Notes under the pieces: generated by a model | What the model saw: only the letters and a program-made list of their open reading frames with translations | What the model was told of the DNA's origin: nothing | The model's database searches: none | Position numbers and translations under genes: made by a program | DNA from: an uncultured Eubacteriales bacterium | GTDB lineage: Bacteria > Bacillota > Clostridia > Christensenellales > DTU072 | Assembly (NCBI GenBank): GCA_902766965.1 | Contig: CACXFJ010000033.1 | Location: 2,589-66,588, forward strand | DNA: 64,000 nt | Reading direction: 5' to 3' | Part shown: positions 11,175-20,990 of the stretch, one piece after another | How positions within the stretch are numbered: position 1 is the stretch's first letter | How the letters are laid out: each line of letters opens with the position of its first letter

Positions 11175-11306
11175 ATTGTGTTTTTATAAAAAGCGACAAA
11201 AAAACAATATCGTAAAAACGGCAAAAATGCGGTTTACGGTCGATTTTTCGCGAGCGTACGTTGCGGGCGAACGCGTATATATAATATATAATATTTATTT
11301 TCACTC

Positions 11307-11335
11307 TTGCAATCGGGCGGCAAGTATGATATATT
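11307..11335 (+). promoter_or_regulatory. Sigma-A type promoter of giant lipoprotein gene 1
   Basis: TTGCAA, 17-nt spacer, TATATT. A TG lies one base upstream of the -10 (extended -10). Confidence 0.55.
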
Positions 11336-11341
11336 TATAAT

Positions 11342-11361
11342 AACTGTAATCGTTTACAGTT
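11342..11361 (+). promoter_or_regulatory. Perfect 8-bp inverted repeat in the 5' leader of giant gene 1 (operator or 5' stabilising stem-loop)
   Basis: AACTGTAA-tcgt-TTACAGTT lies between the predicted -10 and the GGAGG RBS. Confidence 0.3.
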
Positions 11362-11391
11362 TCTTAAGTTGAAATGTGGAGGTTTCACCAA

Positions 11392-14300
11392 ATGAACAAG
11401 ATGAGATTATCTGGTGCGAAAATCGGATTTATCGTCCTTATCGCGTTGATAAGCGTATTTTCCGTCATCGCATTGACCGCTTGCAACAAGAACTTGGACG
11501 TAGCGGAGCTTTCCGTCGTCGAAGACACCGTGCCATCGGTTGCGATAGCCGGAGAGTTTAAGGTTTCGGACGTCAAACTTATCGTCACTTCATCCGACGG
11601 TACCACTTCCGAAATCGCCGCTTCTTCGTCGATGCTTACCACCGAAGGGAAGGCGGCTCTTTCCACGGTCGGACAGCAGAACGTAACCCTTTTCTATCAA
11701 GGCAAAACGGTAGTAATATCCGTCCTCATAGTGGAAGAGGGCACGGAGACCGTCACCGTCAAGTTCCTTAACGCGGACGGCTCGTCTCTCGGCAAAAGGA
11801 CGGTAGTCAAGGGCGACGTCATAGCCAACGCCCCCACGCCTTCCGCTGCGGACGCCGCGAAAGAGTTTGTCGGTTGGTTCGACAATTCCGGGAAGAAAAT
11901 CGACCTTAACAAGGTGGAAGCGGACGTCACCGTCACGGCTAAGTTCGCCGACAACGCCAACGAGTACGAAGTAAGATTTTTCGACTACAAGGGGAATCAG
12001 ATAGGCAGCACGCAGCTCGTAGCTCACGGGCAGACGGCTACCGTTCCGAGTTGGGTTCAGCCCGCGGAAATAGAATCTTTCTCGTGGCAAGGGTTGGACG
12101 TACCGATTACTTCCGGAAAAGATTTCTATATGACCGTCAAGTACAGATCCTATCAGGTTCAGTACTTCTACGTTTTCGAATCGAAAGAGAGCGTAGAGTA
12201 TGCAATAACCGCTTCGGGCAAACCCGTAGTGGAATCCGTCGTTACCGGAAAGAACGCCGCCAAGCAGGACGAAGCGAAAAGACAACTTGCGGCGCAAGGA
12301 CTCGAATTCATAAGATGGCAAAACACCTCCACTGTTATAAATGCCGATACGAAAATGATAGCGGTAGTAAAGGACCGCGCCTTCACAGTAAAATATAACG
12401 ACGGCAGCAATCAGTCCGTCACCGTAACGAGCGGAACCACGCTCGCCTTAAAGACCAACGTTCAACCCAAAGCGGGATATACTTTCAACGGGCAATGGCA
12501 AGGCGACGACGGCAAGACCTATTCCGGTACGATTACCGTCAGCGGAAATCTCGTTCTTACCCCCGTTTATAACAGGAAAAACGCTCCCGTCAAGATAGTG
12601 TTCACCTTCAAAGGAAAATACGTTTCTTCCACGGGCGGCGACACGACTCCCGTGACCGCTACGATGGAAGACGCTACCACGCACTTCGAAGATAAAATCG
12701 ACCTTGCGTATATAAGAAGCAAGCTCGAAGCCCTCAAACTTAAAAACAAGGGCGAATTCGACGGATACGACGTAGAGTCCGTGTTCTATAACGACGAAGA
12801 CGTGACCTCCGCGGGCGTTAAACTCGGTATAAATCCCGGCGACGCTTATCACGAATTCAAAGTAGTCGTCGTCAACGCTTCTCTCCCCACCGAAGGACTT
12901 GCCTTTACTTACCACGCGCCGTCCGACGGATACGTAGTATCTTCCTACACGGGAGACGCGAAGAATATTTATATCCCCGCTTCCTATAACGGAACCGACG
13001 GAGAAAAGAAGGTGACGGGAATAGCCGCAAGCGCCTTCGAGGGAAAGACGATAATATCCGTATCTTTCCCCGAAACGTTGGAAAGCGTAGGCGACGGAGC
13101 GTTCAGGGGCGCCGTCCTCCACAACGATATTACTTTCCCCGTGCTGAAATCTTTCGGTAAGGGCGTGTTCGAAAACGCGACCACCGCCGTAAGCTACGCG
13201 GACGACGACGAAGAACAGACTTCGCCCATATACGCTTCGATTAAGATTATCTTTACTTCCGGGGAGAATTCCTTTACCGAATTAGACGGAAACGTTTTGG
13301 GTAACGGCAAGGGAATCACCGAAATCGTACTTCCCGACCAAGTGACCAAAATCGCCGCGAGAGAAGAGAGCGGAATAGTCGGCAACGACTTGACGAAAAT
13401 AGATTTAAGTAAAGTCACCGAAGTGGGAGACAACGCTTTCTCCGGTTCGGACAAACTCGCAAACGTCGGCAGTCTCGCGAACCTCGCCGTCGTCGGAAAG
13501 AACGCTTTCCGCGGTACCGCGATTACCGAACTCGATATGCAAAATCTCAAATCGGTAGGCGAAAACGCTTTTGCCGAAATGAAGAGTCTCGTTAAGGTCT
13601 ATATAGCTTTTGCGGCGAAAGCCGAAGGCGAAGGGTACGAAACTTTTGATCTTACCGTGTTCGCGGGGGATTCCGCCGTTACCGAAATCGGTTTAGGCGA
13701 CAATATAAGAACGATTACGAGCAGCGGAGAAAACCTCGCGCTTTCCTCCCTCGTAAAAATCACTCTCGGCAAGAACGCGACCGCATTCGACGTGGTTGCG
13801 ACGGCATTGCCTTCGTTGGAAGCAGTCGCGGTATCCGAAAATAACGCCGTATTGACCGCGAAAGACGGAGTATTGTTCGCAAAGGACGGCGACGGCTACG
13901 CTCTCGATTTCTATCCTGCCAACAAGCTCGGCGATTACGCCGTACCCGAAAAGATAAACGATACCGCGGTCGTCGCGATAAATTCCGACTTTGCGGGCGC
14001 TGCGATAAACGCTCTTACTTTGGGTTCGGGCGCGATAGCTTTGACTAAAGCCGCTGCCTTTACCTTTAACGGAACGGTAACGGGACTCGTACTTAACTAC
14101 GGACAAGTTGAAAGTTTCGACGAGACCGCTTTCGTAGCCGAAGTAAACGAAGTTAAAGCGAAAGTAGCCGCAAACACTTATTATCTCAACGTAAACGGCG
14201 TGGGAAATATGGCGGAAATTATCGCTAACGCAGGTTGGAGCGACGCCGTAGCGTACGATTCCGCGACGGGTACGAACGTAAAATACGACGTGGCGACCGG

Positions 14301-17300
14301 TCTTACGTACGTGGTAAAGACCGTCGACGGAAACAAGTCAGCCGTCGTGCTTTCGGCGAATAAAGCCGCTTCGGCAATAACCGTACCCGCTACTTTGGGC
14401 GGCGTGACGGTAGTGGCGATAGATAAAAACGCTTTCGTAAACTACGGCAATCTGAAAACTCTCGAAATAAAAGCTAAACTGACTTCGATGAGCAATCTTA
14501 ACGGTTGCGTATCCCTCGAAAAAATAACTTTTGCCGGTTGGTTCGACGAAGCGGATTATACCGTGACCGGATTTGAAGAAACCGCTCTCGGCAAGAATAA
14601 CAACGTACTCGTATTAGGCAACGTGCTTATAGCGTACAACTTCGCCGCCGAAACGGAAAATCCGACCGTAGTCGCCGCAGAATCTCTCGCAGGCGTTACC
14701 GAAATACCCGAAGGATTCTTCCAAGGCAGCGATATCACCGCTATTTCTTTCCCGGAGTCTGTACTTAAAATAGGCGCGGGCGCATTCAAAAACTGCGTTT
14801 CGCTCGAAAATATCGACGTAAATAAAGTTACTTTCGTGGACGACGAAGCCTTCTTCGGTTGCGCAAAGCTCACCGACGTTACTCTCCCCGAAGTGGTAAG
14901 TCTGGGCGTAAGCGCGTTTGAAAACTGCTCTTCCCTTGCTTCCGTCTATATTCCCAAGAGAATTAACGCAGGACTCATTCCCGTAAGAGCTTTCTACGGA
15001 TGCGCCTCTCTCGTAAGAGCGGATATTCCCGAAGTAATCGGTTTTGCCGTAAACGACGGAGTTTCGAGCGCGTTCGGCAACTGCTCTTCTCTTGAAGACA
15101 TAAGTTTTATCAACAGATTTTCTTCGATAGCCGGCTTTGCGTTTGCCGGTTGCTCATCCATTAAGAAAGTAGACTTCACCGTCACCACCGTGACGAGCGT
15201 CGGAAACTACGCTTTCAGCGAATGTACCGGTATAGAATACATAGTGTTCAGCGCGAGCGTGACCTCGATAGGCGAAAAAGCCTTTTTCAGCAACTACGGA
15301 AACTCGATTAAGTCCATAGAATTCAAAGGTTCGGCAGGCTTGCTTAAGTCGGGCGAAATACCTGCGGACGTGTTCCCTGCCACCGGGTATAACTTCTACC
15401 TTTCGGCGAGCGCCGACGCAGCTGCGTTGAAAAACTATCCCGAAATCACTATAAGACGTTCCGCTCCCACCGTGGAATTCAAAATGTACGACGGTTTTGC
15501 CGCCAACGGCGCGTTGAATATGCCCGCCCTTAACGACACCCTGTACGTAAACGCCGCTCCTGCGGCTCCCGAATTCGACGGATATGTGTTCAGCGGTTGG
15601 TTCGTGGCGAAAGACGGAGCGTACGCAAGAGCGAAGTTCCCCTATAACGTCACCGAAAACACCGCTTTCTACGCTAAATACTTCGACGTAAACAAGGGTA
15701 GTCTTACCGACGCCGACCTTACTCTCGACGAGAACGGCTACGTCCTCAACAAACTCGCCGCGTCTGCCGACGGAGAAATTTATATTCCCGCCCGTTACAG
15801 AAACGACAGCGGCGAAATCCGCGATATTTACGCTATCGATATGACGGCGTTCGTGTCTTGCGATAAGATTACCGAAATCGTTATTCCCGAAGGAGTGAAG
15901 AAACTGTTCGTTCCCGAATCGGTCGAGAATTCCGACGTAAACGCCGTAATAACGAAGATAAGCATACCTTCTACCGTGACGAGAATAGAGGGCAAGGCTT
16001 TCGCAAAATTCACCGCCGCGGAAGAGATAGTTTTCGCGAGCGGAATAGATATGGAAGCAGCGGGTAAGGAGGCGTTTGAAAATACCAAATGGTATCTTAC
16101 CGAAAAGAACGAAGCCTCCTCCGAAAGCGGCAGCGGATTTATCCTCGCCGGTAACGTGGCTATAGAGTACGTATCCGATAAGGAAACGGTAGACGTTCCT
16201 GCCGGAGTGACCGTGCTTGTAGCTGAACTTTTCAAGGATAACGCTTCCTTAAAGGAAATCAGACTTAACAGAGAACTTAAAATAATAGGCGAAAGATGTT
16301 TCTATAACGCCGCCAACCTCGAATTCGTGTCCTACGCTTCGGGCAACCGCGACGAATCGGTAATAAAAGAAATCGGTTCCGACGCGTTCACCGGTACGTT
16401 GTGGTTAAGAAATCAGGATATGGTAATAGTCGGCACCGTGTTGACTAAATATAACGACCACACGGGCGACGCTACCGTAAATATTCCCGACGGAATAACC
16501 GAAATAGCCGCAGGAGCATTCGCAGGCAGCTCGGTCAAGAACGTGGTATTCGGCGCTCAGTCGAAACTTACGAAGATAGGCAACGGCGCGTTCGGAAACT
16601 CCTCTTTGGAAGCCATCGTTCTTCCCGCGGTTACCGACCTCGGCGACGGCGTGTTCGAAAACTGCGTTTCGTTAAGAAGAGCAGACTTTACCAAAGCTAC
16701 GATAGAAGCCTTGCCCGCAAGCACGTTCAGCGGTTGCGCGGCGTTGGAGAGCGTAGTTTTGGCTGACGCCGTAGCGAAGATAAACGCCGACGCGTTCAAA
16801 GGTTGCGTTAAACTTGCGAGCATTAAAGCCGACGGCGTAAACGTAATCGAAGGACTCGTAAACAGCGGCGTTAAGGACACTGCGTTCGCTAATCCCGAAG
16901 CCACCGAAAACGACCAATTTATTATAATAGGTAAAATCCTTATTAAATACGTACCCGCGACCGCAGTCGCAGGCGAAGACACCGATATTAACGTGGTAGA
17001 AATCCCCGACGGTATCGAGAGCATAATGAAAGACGTGTTCTTAAGCAACTCTACCATTAACGAAATCGTCATTCCCGCAAGCGTGAAATACATAGGCGAA
17101 TCGGCGTTTTCCGGTAGCAGTAAACTTGCCGCGGTTAAGTTCTCGGGCGAAGGACTGGAAGAAATAGCCGCCGACGCGTTCAAGAATTGCTCCGCTCTTA
17201 CCGATATAGCTTTACCGTCCACTTTGACGAAAATAGGGAACAGAGCTTTCGCTCATTCCGGTATTACCGAAATAACGATAGGCGACGCGGTTGTTTCCGT

Positions 17301-20238
17301 GGGAGAAAAAGCGTTCTACGGTTCCGCTTTGGAATACGTAAAGATAGGTTCCGGGGTAGCGAACCTCGGCAAAGAAGCGTTCGCTAATTGCACCAATCTT
17401 TATAAAGCGGAATGGAGTTGGACCGTCGACGCGGTTTACACCGAAAATAACGTGGACTACAACGCGTTCGACGTAATCATTGCCGATATAGAAAAGACTT
17501 TGGGCAAAACCGCGGAAGAAAGCCCCGAGGAATTCGCCGCATACGTCAACGGAATTTTTGCCGGAAGCACGCGTTCCGTCCGTATCTACTTCAATAAAGA
17601 CGCTTACAACTATATAAGTAACGGCACAGGAAAAGCTCTCGAAACCTTCAGAGAACTCACCGGCGGCGTGGCTATTTATCGCGACGGAGTGTTCCCGACG
17701 GTAAGTTTTAACCACGACACCTCTTTCGGACAGGACTACTTCATGAACTCCTTTAACGCCGAAGTCATCGAGACCATCGGCACGCCTTCCATGACGGGAC
17801 GCACCTTCAAGAGATGGTTAATCAACGGTCAACCGCTCGTATTGCCTTACAAGGTATTCAGCGATATAGCCCTTACTCCCGAATGGTTTGTCAACGATAT
17901 AGACTCCGATAGTTCCGACGAACTCGGCTTTACCGAAACGGGCGCGGGATACGTCGTGAGCAGAATAAAAGAAGTTCCCGCAGACGGCATACTCTACGTT
18001 CCGTCGACGGTAAAAGGTAAACCCGTAGTCGGAGTTAAACTTTCCGTAACGACGAACGCCGACAAAGTAAAGAAGATAGTTCTTACCAACGCTTCCGCGT
18101 TCAACGGACTTACCGAAAACGTATTCTCCGCTTTCGCTAACCTTACCGAAATCAGTCTCCTCGACAGCGATAACGTGGCAAGCGATATGAAAACGGAAGA
18201 CGGCGCGTTGTACTCTTCCGACGGTAAGACTTTGATAGCGTACCTAATAAGATACGCCGAAGACGGCAAGACCGCTCTTACCGACTTCGTAGTACCGGAA
18301 ACGGTAGAAAAGATAGCGCCTTACGCTTTCGTAAATTCCGGTCTTACCTCCGTCACGATAAGCAAGAACGTTCGGGTAATCGGAGCGCACGCGTTCAACG
18401 ACGAACTCGCTACGATTAACTTCGCCGAAGGGATATTCATTACCGACGCGACGAGAGAATCTTTCGAAAACACCGCTTGGTATAACGGCGGAGACAGCGA
18501 CCCCAACACTTACGGTCCCACGATGTCGCAGTACGTAATAGACCGTTCGACGGTAGGTTTGTTCTTTACCGCAGGCAATATCGTTTACGAATACAAGTGG
18601 ATTTCCACCGCTTCCGCGTTGGTTATCCCCGACAACGTGAACGGTTTCGATATTACCGTAATAGCGAGCAATATAAATTCCGGCGCTCCGATAACGTTCA
18701 GCGACCTCGTATTGCCCGCAGGATTGAGGAAGATAAACGCAAACGCCTTCTCGAATATGGACGTAACGAAGAGTATCACGACGAAGAGTACCGTTCTCAC
18801 CGACATAGCAAGCAACGTATTCGACGAAACTCTGTATTATAGGAACAACAACGATATGTTCATATTAGGTTCCGTACTCGTTAAGTGTCAGAACACGACG
18901 GGAACGATAGTAATACCCGAAGGTATCGTATCGATAAGCGACAATGCTTTTGCCAATAGTCAGGTAAAGAATATTACTTTGCCGTCCACTCTTAAATATA
19001 TCGGCAACAGCGCGTTCTTTAACTGCACTAATTTGGTTTCCGTCAGCATTCCCGCGGGCGTAACCGAAATAGGCGACCTTGCGTTCTCACTCTGTCAGAA
19101 GCTCGAACAGGTGACCTTCAACGCAAAGGACAGCAAGCTTGTGAAAATCGGCGAAAGCGCCTTCTCCGACTGTTTGACGCTCACTTCGATAAACGTTCCT
19201 TACACGGTGGAAAGCGTCGGCAAAGAAGCATTCTTGAACTGCCGTTCCTTGTCTACCGTAAACTTCGACTACATAGTAGTCACCACCAACGAAGACAACA
19301 CCACCACGACTACCTTGGTAGCGAAGAGCAAACTTACCGAACTCGGCGAAAGCGCGTTCTATAACTGTAACGGTTTAAGACGCATATCCGTGCCTAACGG
19401 CGTAAGCGTAATAAGAGAACGCACTTTCTACAACTGCTATCAGCTCGCAAACGTGGAATTCGACGTAAGCCTCAGCGCGGTCAGGACGATAGAGACGCAA
19501 GCCTTCTACGGCTGTACTTCTCTCGGCGGCACCGTCGACCTCAATAATCCGAGCCTCGTTACTTTGGTACTCCCGAATAAGTTGGAAGTAATTAGAGAAA
19601 GAGCTTTCGCAAACTGCTCGTCGCTTTTGGGCGTTCAGCTCAACTACAACGTAGCCGTCATCGAAAACTACGCTTTCTACGGCTGTCTGAGACTTGCGAA
19701 GATAGATATCTACTCCGCTACTCCCGCGACCATTTCCGACAACACGTTCTTCAGAGGTACCGACGAAGGTAGCGTAAATCCGTACTACAATCTCCGTATT
19801 TACGTCAGACACTCCGTAGGCGGCACCGTCCTCGACAACTATAAGAAGTCGGGCAACTGGGCATTGTACAGAGATTTAATCCACGAAAACAACGATATCC
19901 CCACCCTTAAATTCAGAAGAGAAGTATCCGGCGGAACGGGCGAACCCGTCGTCAACACGGGCGAACTCGCACCCGCTTCCGATATAGTTATCGACCCGAA
20001 ATTCACTTGGGGTACGGCGATTTATTCCTCCTGGCAGTATTTTGACTTCAAGATGAAAGAATACGACGCCGAAGGTAACTTCACCGGTAACTACGTCACG
20101 AAGAACAGCGATCCCCGTTACGAAAGAATGATAGAATCGTTAAGCTATCAGACGCAACGCGACGAAAAGGGCGACACGCATATTATTCTCGTCGTGGACT
20201 ATGACGAAATGACCTTGAATTATCGTAGCGTGAACTAA
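11392..20238 (+). CDS. Giant surface lipoprotein (2,948 aa): Ig-like domain, InlB-B (Listeria-Bacteroides) repeats and a BspA-type LRR (LRR_5) array
   Basis: ATG 11392 lies 9 nt after GGAGG; the track start at 11374 sits inside the RBS. Signal peptide with lipobox LTAC. About four F.GW-type B-repeat modules. Dozens of I.IP..V..IG..AF..C..L LRR units run from roughly 12970 to 19760. Confidence 0.9.
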   Translation: MNKMRLSGAKIGFIVLIALISVFSVIALTACNKNLDVAELSVVEDTVPSVAIAGEFKVSDVKLIVTSSDGTTSEIAASSSMLTTEGKAALSTVGQQNVTLFYQGKTVVISVLIVEEGTETVTVKFLNADGSSLGKRTVVKGDVIANAPTPSAADAAKEFVGWFDNSGKKIDLNKVEADVTVTAKFADNANEYEVRFFDYKGNQIGSTQLVAHGQTATVPSWVQPAEIESFSWQGLDVPITSGKDFYMTVKYRSYQVQYFYVFESKESVEYAITASGKPVVESVVTGKNAAKQDEAKRQLAAQGLEFIRWQNTSTVINADTKMIAVVKDRAFTVKYNDGSNQSVTVTSGTTLALKTNVQPKAGYTFNGQWQGDDGKTYSGTITVSGNLVLTPVYNRKNAPVKIVFTFKGKYVSSTGGDTTPVTATMEDATTHFEDKIDLAYIRSKLEALKLKNKGEFDGYDVESVFYNDEDVTSAGVKLGINPGDAYHEFKVVVVNASLPTEGLAFTYHAPSDGYVVSSYTGDAKNIYIPASYNGTDGEKKVTGIAASAFEGKTIISVSFPETLESVGDGAFRGAVLHNDITFPVLKSFGKGVFENATTAVSYADDDEEQTSPIYASIKIIFTSGENSFTELDGNVLGNGKGITEIVLPDQVTKIAAREESGIVGNDLTKIDLSKVTEVGDNAFSGSDKLANVGSLANLAVVGKNAFRGTAITELDMQNLKSVGENAFAEMKSLVKVYIAFAAKAEGEGYETFDLTVFAGDSAVTEIGLGDNIRTITSSGENLALSSLVKITLGKNATAFDVVATALPSLEAVAVSENNAVLTAKDGVLFAKDGDGYALDFYPANKLGDYAVPEKINDTAVVAINSDFAGAAINALTLGSGAIALTKAAAFTFNGTVTGLVLNYGQVESFDETAFVAEVNEVKAKVAANTYYLNVNGVGNMAEIIANAGWSDAVAYDSATGTNVKYDVATGLTYVVKTVDGNKSAVVLSANKAASAITVPATLGGVTVVAIDKNAFVNYGNLKTLEIKAKLTSMSNLNGCVSLEKITFAGWFDEADYTVTGFEETALGKNNNVLVLGNVLIAYNFAAETENPTVVAAESLAGVTEIPEGFFQGSDITAISFPESVLKIGAGAFKNCVSLENIDVNKVTFVDDEAFFGCAKLTDVTLPEVVSLGVSAFENCSSLASVYIPKRINAGLIPVRAFYGCASLVRADIPEVIGFAVNDGVSSAFGNCSSLEDISFINRFSSIAGFAFAGCSSIKKVDFTVTTVTSVGNYAFSECTGIEYIVFSASVTSIGEKAFFSNYGNSIKSIEFKGSAGLLKSGEIPADVFPATGYNFYLSASADAAALKNYPEITIRRSAPTVEFKMYDGFAANGALNMPALNDTLYVNAAPAAPEFDGYVFSGWFVAKDGAYARAKFPYNVTENTAFYAKYFDVNKGSLTDADLTLDENGYVLNKLAASADGEIYIPARYRNDSGEIRDIYAIDMTAFVSCDKITEIVIPEGVKKLFVPESVENSDVNAVITKISIPSTVTRIEGKAFAKFTAAEEIVFASGIDMEAAGKEAFENTKWYLTEKNEASSESGSGFILAGNVAIEYVSDKETVDVPAGVTVLVAELFKDNASLKEIRLNRELKIIGERCFYNAANLEFVSYASGNRDESVIKEIGSDAFTGTLWLRNQDMVIVGTVLTKYNDHTGDATVNIPDGITEIAAGAFAGSSVKNVVFGAQSKLTKIGNGAFGNSSLEAIVLPAVTDLGDGVFENCVSLRRADFTKATIEALPASTFSGCAALESVVLADAVAKINADAFKGCVKLASIKADGVNVIEGLVNSGVKDTAFANPEATENDQFIIIGKILIKYVPATAVAGEDTDINVVEIPDGIESIMKDVFLSNSTINEIVIPASVKYIGESAFSGSSKLAAVKFSGEGLEEIAADAFKNCSALTDIALPSTLTKIGNRAFAHSGITEITIGDAVVSVGEKAFYGSALEYVKIGSGVANLGKEAFANCTNLYKAEWSWTVDAVYTENNVDYNAFDVIIADIEKTLGKTAEESPEEFAAYVNGIFAGSTRSVRIYFNKDAYNYISNGTGKALETFRELTGGVAIYRDGVFPTVSFNHDTSFGQDYFMNSFNAEVIETIGTPSMTGRTFKRWLINGQPLVLPYKVFSDIALTPEWFVNDIDSDSSDELGFTETGAGYVVSRIKEVPADGILYVPSTVKGKPVVGVKLSVTTNADKVKKIVLTNASAFNGLTENVFSAFANLTEISLLDSDNVASDMKTEDGALYSSDGKTLIAYLIRYAEDGKTALTDFVVPETVEKIAPYAFVNSGLTSVTISKNVRVIGAHAFNDELATINFAEGIFITDATRESFENTAWYNGGDSDPNTYGPTMSQYVIDRSTVGLFFTAGNIVYEYKWISTASALVIPDNVNGFDITVIASNINSGAPITFSDLVLPAGLRKINANAFSNMDVTKSITTKSTVLTDIASNVFDETLYYRNNNDMFILGSVLVKCQNTTGTIVIPEGIVSISDNAFANSQVKNITLPSTLKYIGNSAFFNCTNLVSVSIPAGVTEIGDLAFSLCQKLEQVTFNAKDSKLVKIGESAFSDCLTLTSINVPYTVESVGKEAFLNCRSLSTVNFDYIVVTTNEDNTTTTTLVAKSKLTELGESAFYNCNGLRRISVPNGVSVIRERTFYNCYQLANVEFDVSLSAVRTIETQAFYGCTSLGGTVDLNNPSLVTLVLPNKLEVIRERAFANCSSLLGVQLNYNVAVIENYAFYGCLRLAKIDIYSATPATISDNTFFRGTDEGSVNPYYNLRIYVRHSVGGTVLDNYKKSGNWALYRDLIHENNDIPTLKFRREVSGGTGEPVVNTGELAPASDIVIDPKFTWGTAIYSSWQYFDFKMKEYDAEGNFTGNYVTKNSDPRYERMIESLSYQTQRDEKGDTHIILVVDYDEMTLNYRSVN

Positions 20239-20263
20239 AAAAATCGCATCTGCGTACACACGA

Positions 20264-20293
20264 AACGGCTCGTCGAAAGACGGGCCGTTTTTT
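20264..20293 (+). terminator. Rho-independent terminator of giant gene 1
   Basis: 11-bp stem AACGGCTCGTC / GACGGGCCGTT, GAAA loop, T6. Confidence 0.85.
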
Positions 20294-20328
20294 CGTCGAA
20301 AAAAGTTGAAAAAAATACGTAATTTTAT

Positions 20329-20357
20329 TTGACACAAAGGTAGGGGGTATATATAAT
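20329..20357 (+). promoter_or_regulatory. Consensus sigma-A promoter of the regulator-potABCD operon
   Basis: TTGACA, 17-nt spacer, TATAAT (perfect hexamers). Confidence 0.7.
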
Positions 20358-20360
20358 AAA

Positions 20361-20404
20361 TTTTGTCGGAAGTTTAGTTTAACTAAATTTTTTTTTTGAC
20401 AAAA
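20361..20404 (+). promoter_or_regulatory. Nested palindromic operator candidate
   Basis: Outer arms TTTTGTC (20361-20367) and GACAAAA (20398-20404). Inner perfect palindrome TTTAGTT-T-AACTAAA (20373-20387). A T10 run (20388-20397) lies between them. The site starts immediately downstream of the -10. Confidence 0.45.
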
Positions 20405-20434
20405 ATAAACCGTCGAAAAAAGGAGGAGAGGAGA

Positions 20435-20974
20435 ATGGATATCGGAGCGAAGATAAAATCGATAAGATTGCAACGCGGTCTTACCCAGGAAGAACTGGCT
20501 TCGAGATGCGAACTTACCAAAGGATACATAAGTCAGCTCGAAAACGACCTTGCCAGTCCGTCGATAGCCACGCTTATGGATATACTGAATATTCTCGGAG
20601 TGAGTTTACAGTCCTTTTTCACCGAACAGAAAGAGGAGAAGATAGTCTTTAACAAGAACGACTACTTCGAATCGAAAAACGGCGACGGAACAAACGTCTG
20701 GCTCGTGCCTAATTCGCAAAAAAACGAGATGGAGCCGATTATTTTCGTACTGCCCGAAGGCGGTTGCAGCGACGAAAGGACTCCGTTCGAGGGGGAAGAG
20801 TTCGGTTACGTTCTGGAAGGCAGAATAGTAATCGACTGCGCGGACGGCAAGTTTTTGTACAAGGCTAAAAAAGGCGAGTCCTTTTATATAGACGGGAAGT
20901 ATTCCCACGTCATAAGAAACGAGGGCAAAACCGAAGCAAAAATAATTTGGGTGGCGACACCGAGCAATTTCTGA
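20435..20974 (+). CDS. XRE-family HTH plus cupin-domain transcriptional regulator (PuuR-like architecture)
   Basis: IKSIRLQRGLTQEELASRCELTKGYISQLEN is an HTH_3 motif. The C-terminal cupin barrel has GEEFGYVLEG...HVIRNEG. ATG 20435 follows AGGAGGAGAGGAG; the TTG at 20396 lies in the leader. Confidence 0.85.
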   Translation: MDIGAKIKSIRLQRGLTQEELASRCELTKGYISQLENDLASPSIATLMDILNILGVSLQSFFTEQKEEKIVFNKNDYFESKNGDGTNVWLVPNSQKNEMEPIIFVLPEGGCSDERTPFEGEEFGYVLEGRIVIDCADGKFLYKAKKGESFYIDGKYSHVIRNEGKTEAKIIWVATPSNF

Positions 20975-20990
20975 CACGGAGGATAGAAGG

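Noticed and set aside
11131-11190. 19-codon ORF (MEKTIKRRRNKAAFFIVFL) overlapping the terminator after the YcxB-like gene, and a 23-codon ORF at 25728-25799.
   Set aside because: Neither has an RBS. The first is made of the terminator stem and T-tract, and the second of the phased direct repeats. There is no supporting signal.
11374-11391. Upstream in-frame starts given by the ORF track for several genes: 11374, 20396 (TTG), 30385 (GTG), 39842 (TTG), 58190 (TTG, minus strand), 30240 (minus strand), 8711 (TTG).
   Set aside because: In each case a downstream ATG is preceded by a GGAGG-type RBS at proper spacing. The extension also overlaps a promoter, operator, RBS or repeat element. Shorter starts were used. 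Position 8738 versus 8711 remains genuinely ambiguous.
20361-20372. 12-nt identity TTTTGTCGGAAG between the pot operator region (20361) and the DUF4143 promoter (25822).
   Set aside because: Exact 12-mers are expected many times by chance in 64 kb on two strands. There is no extended similarity around it.
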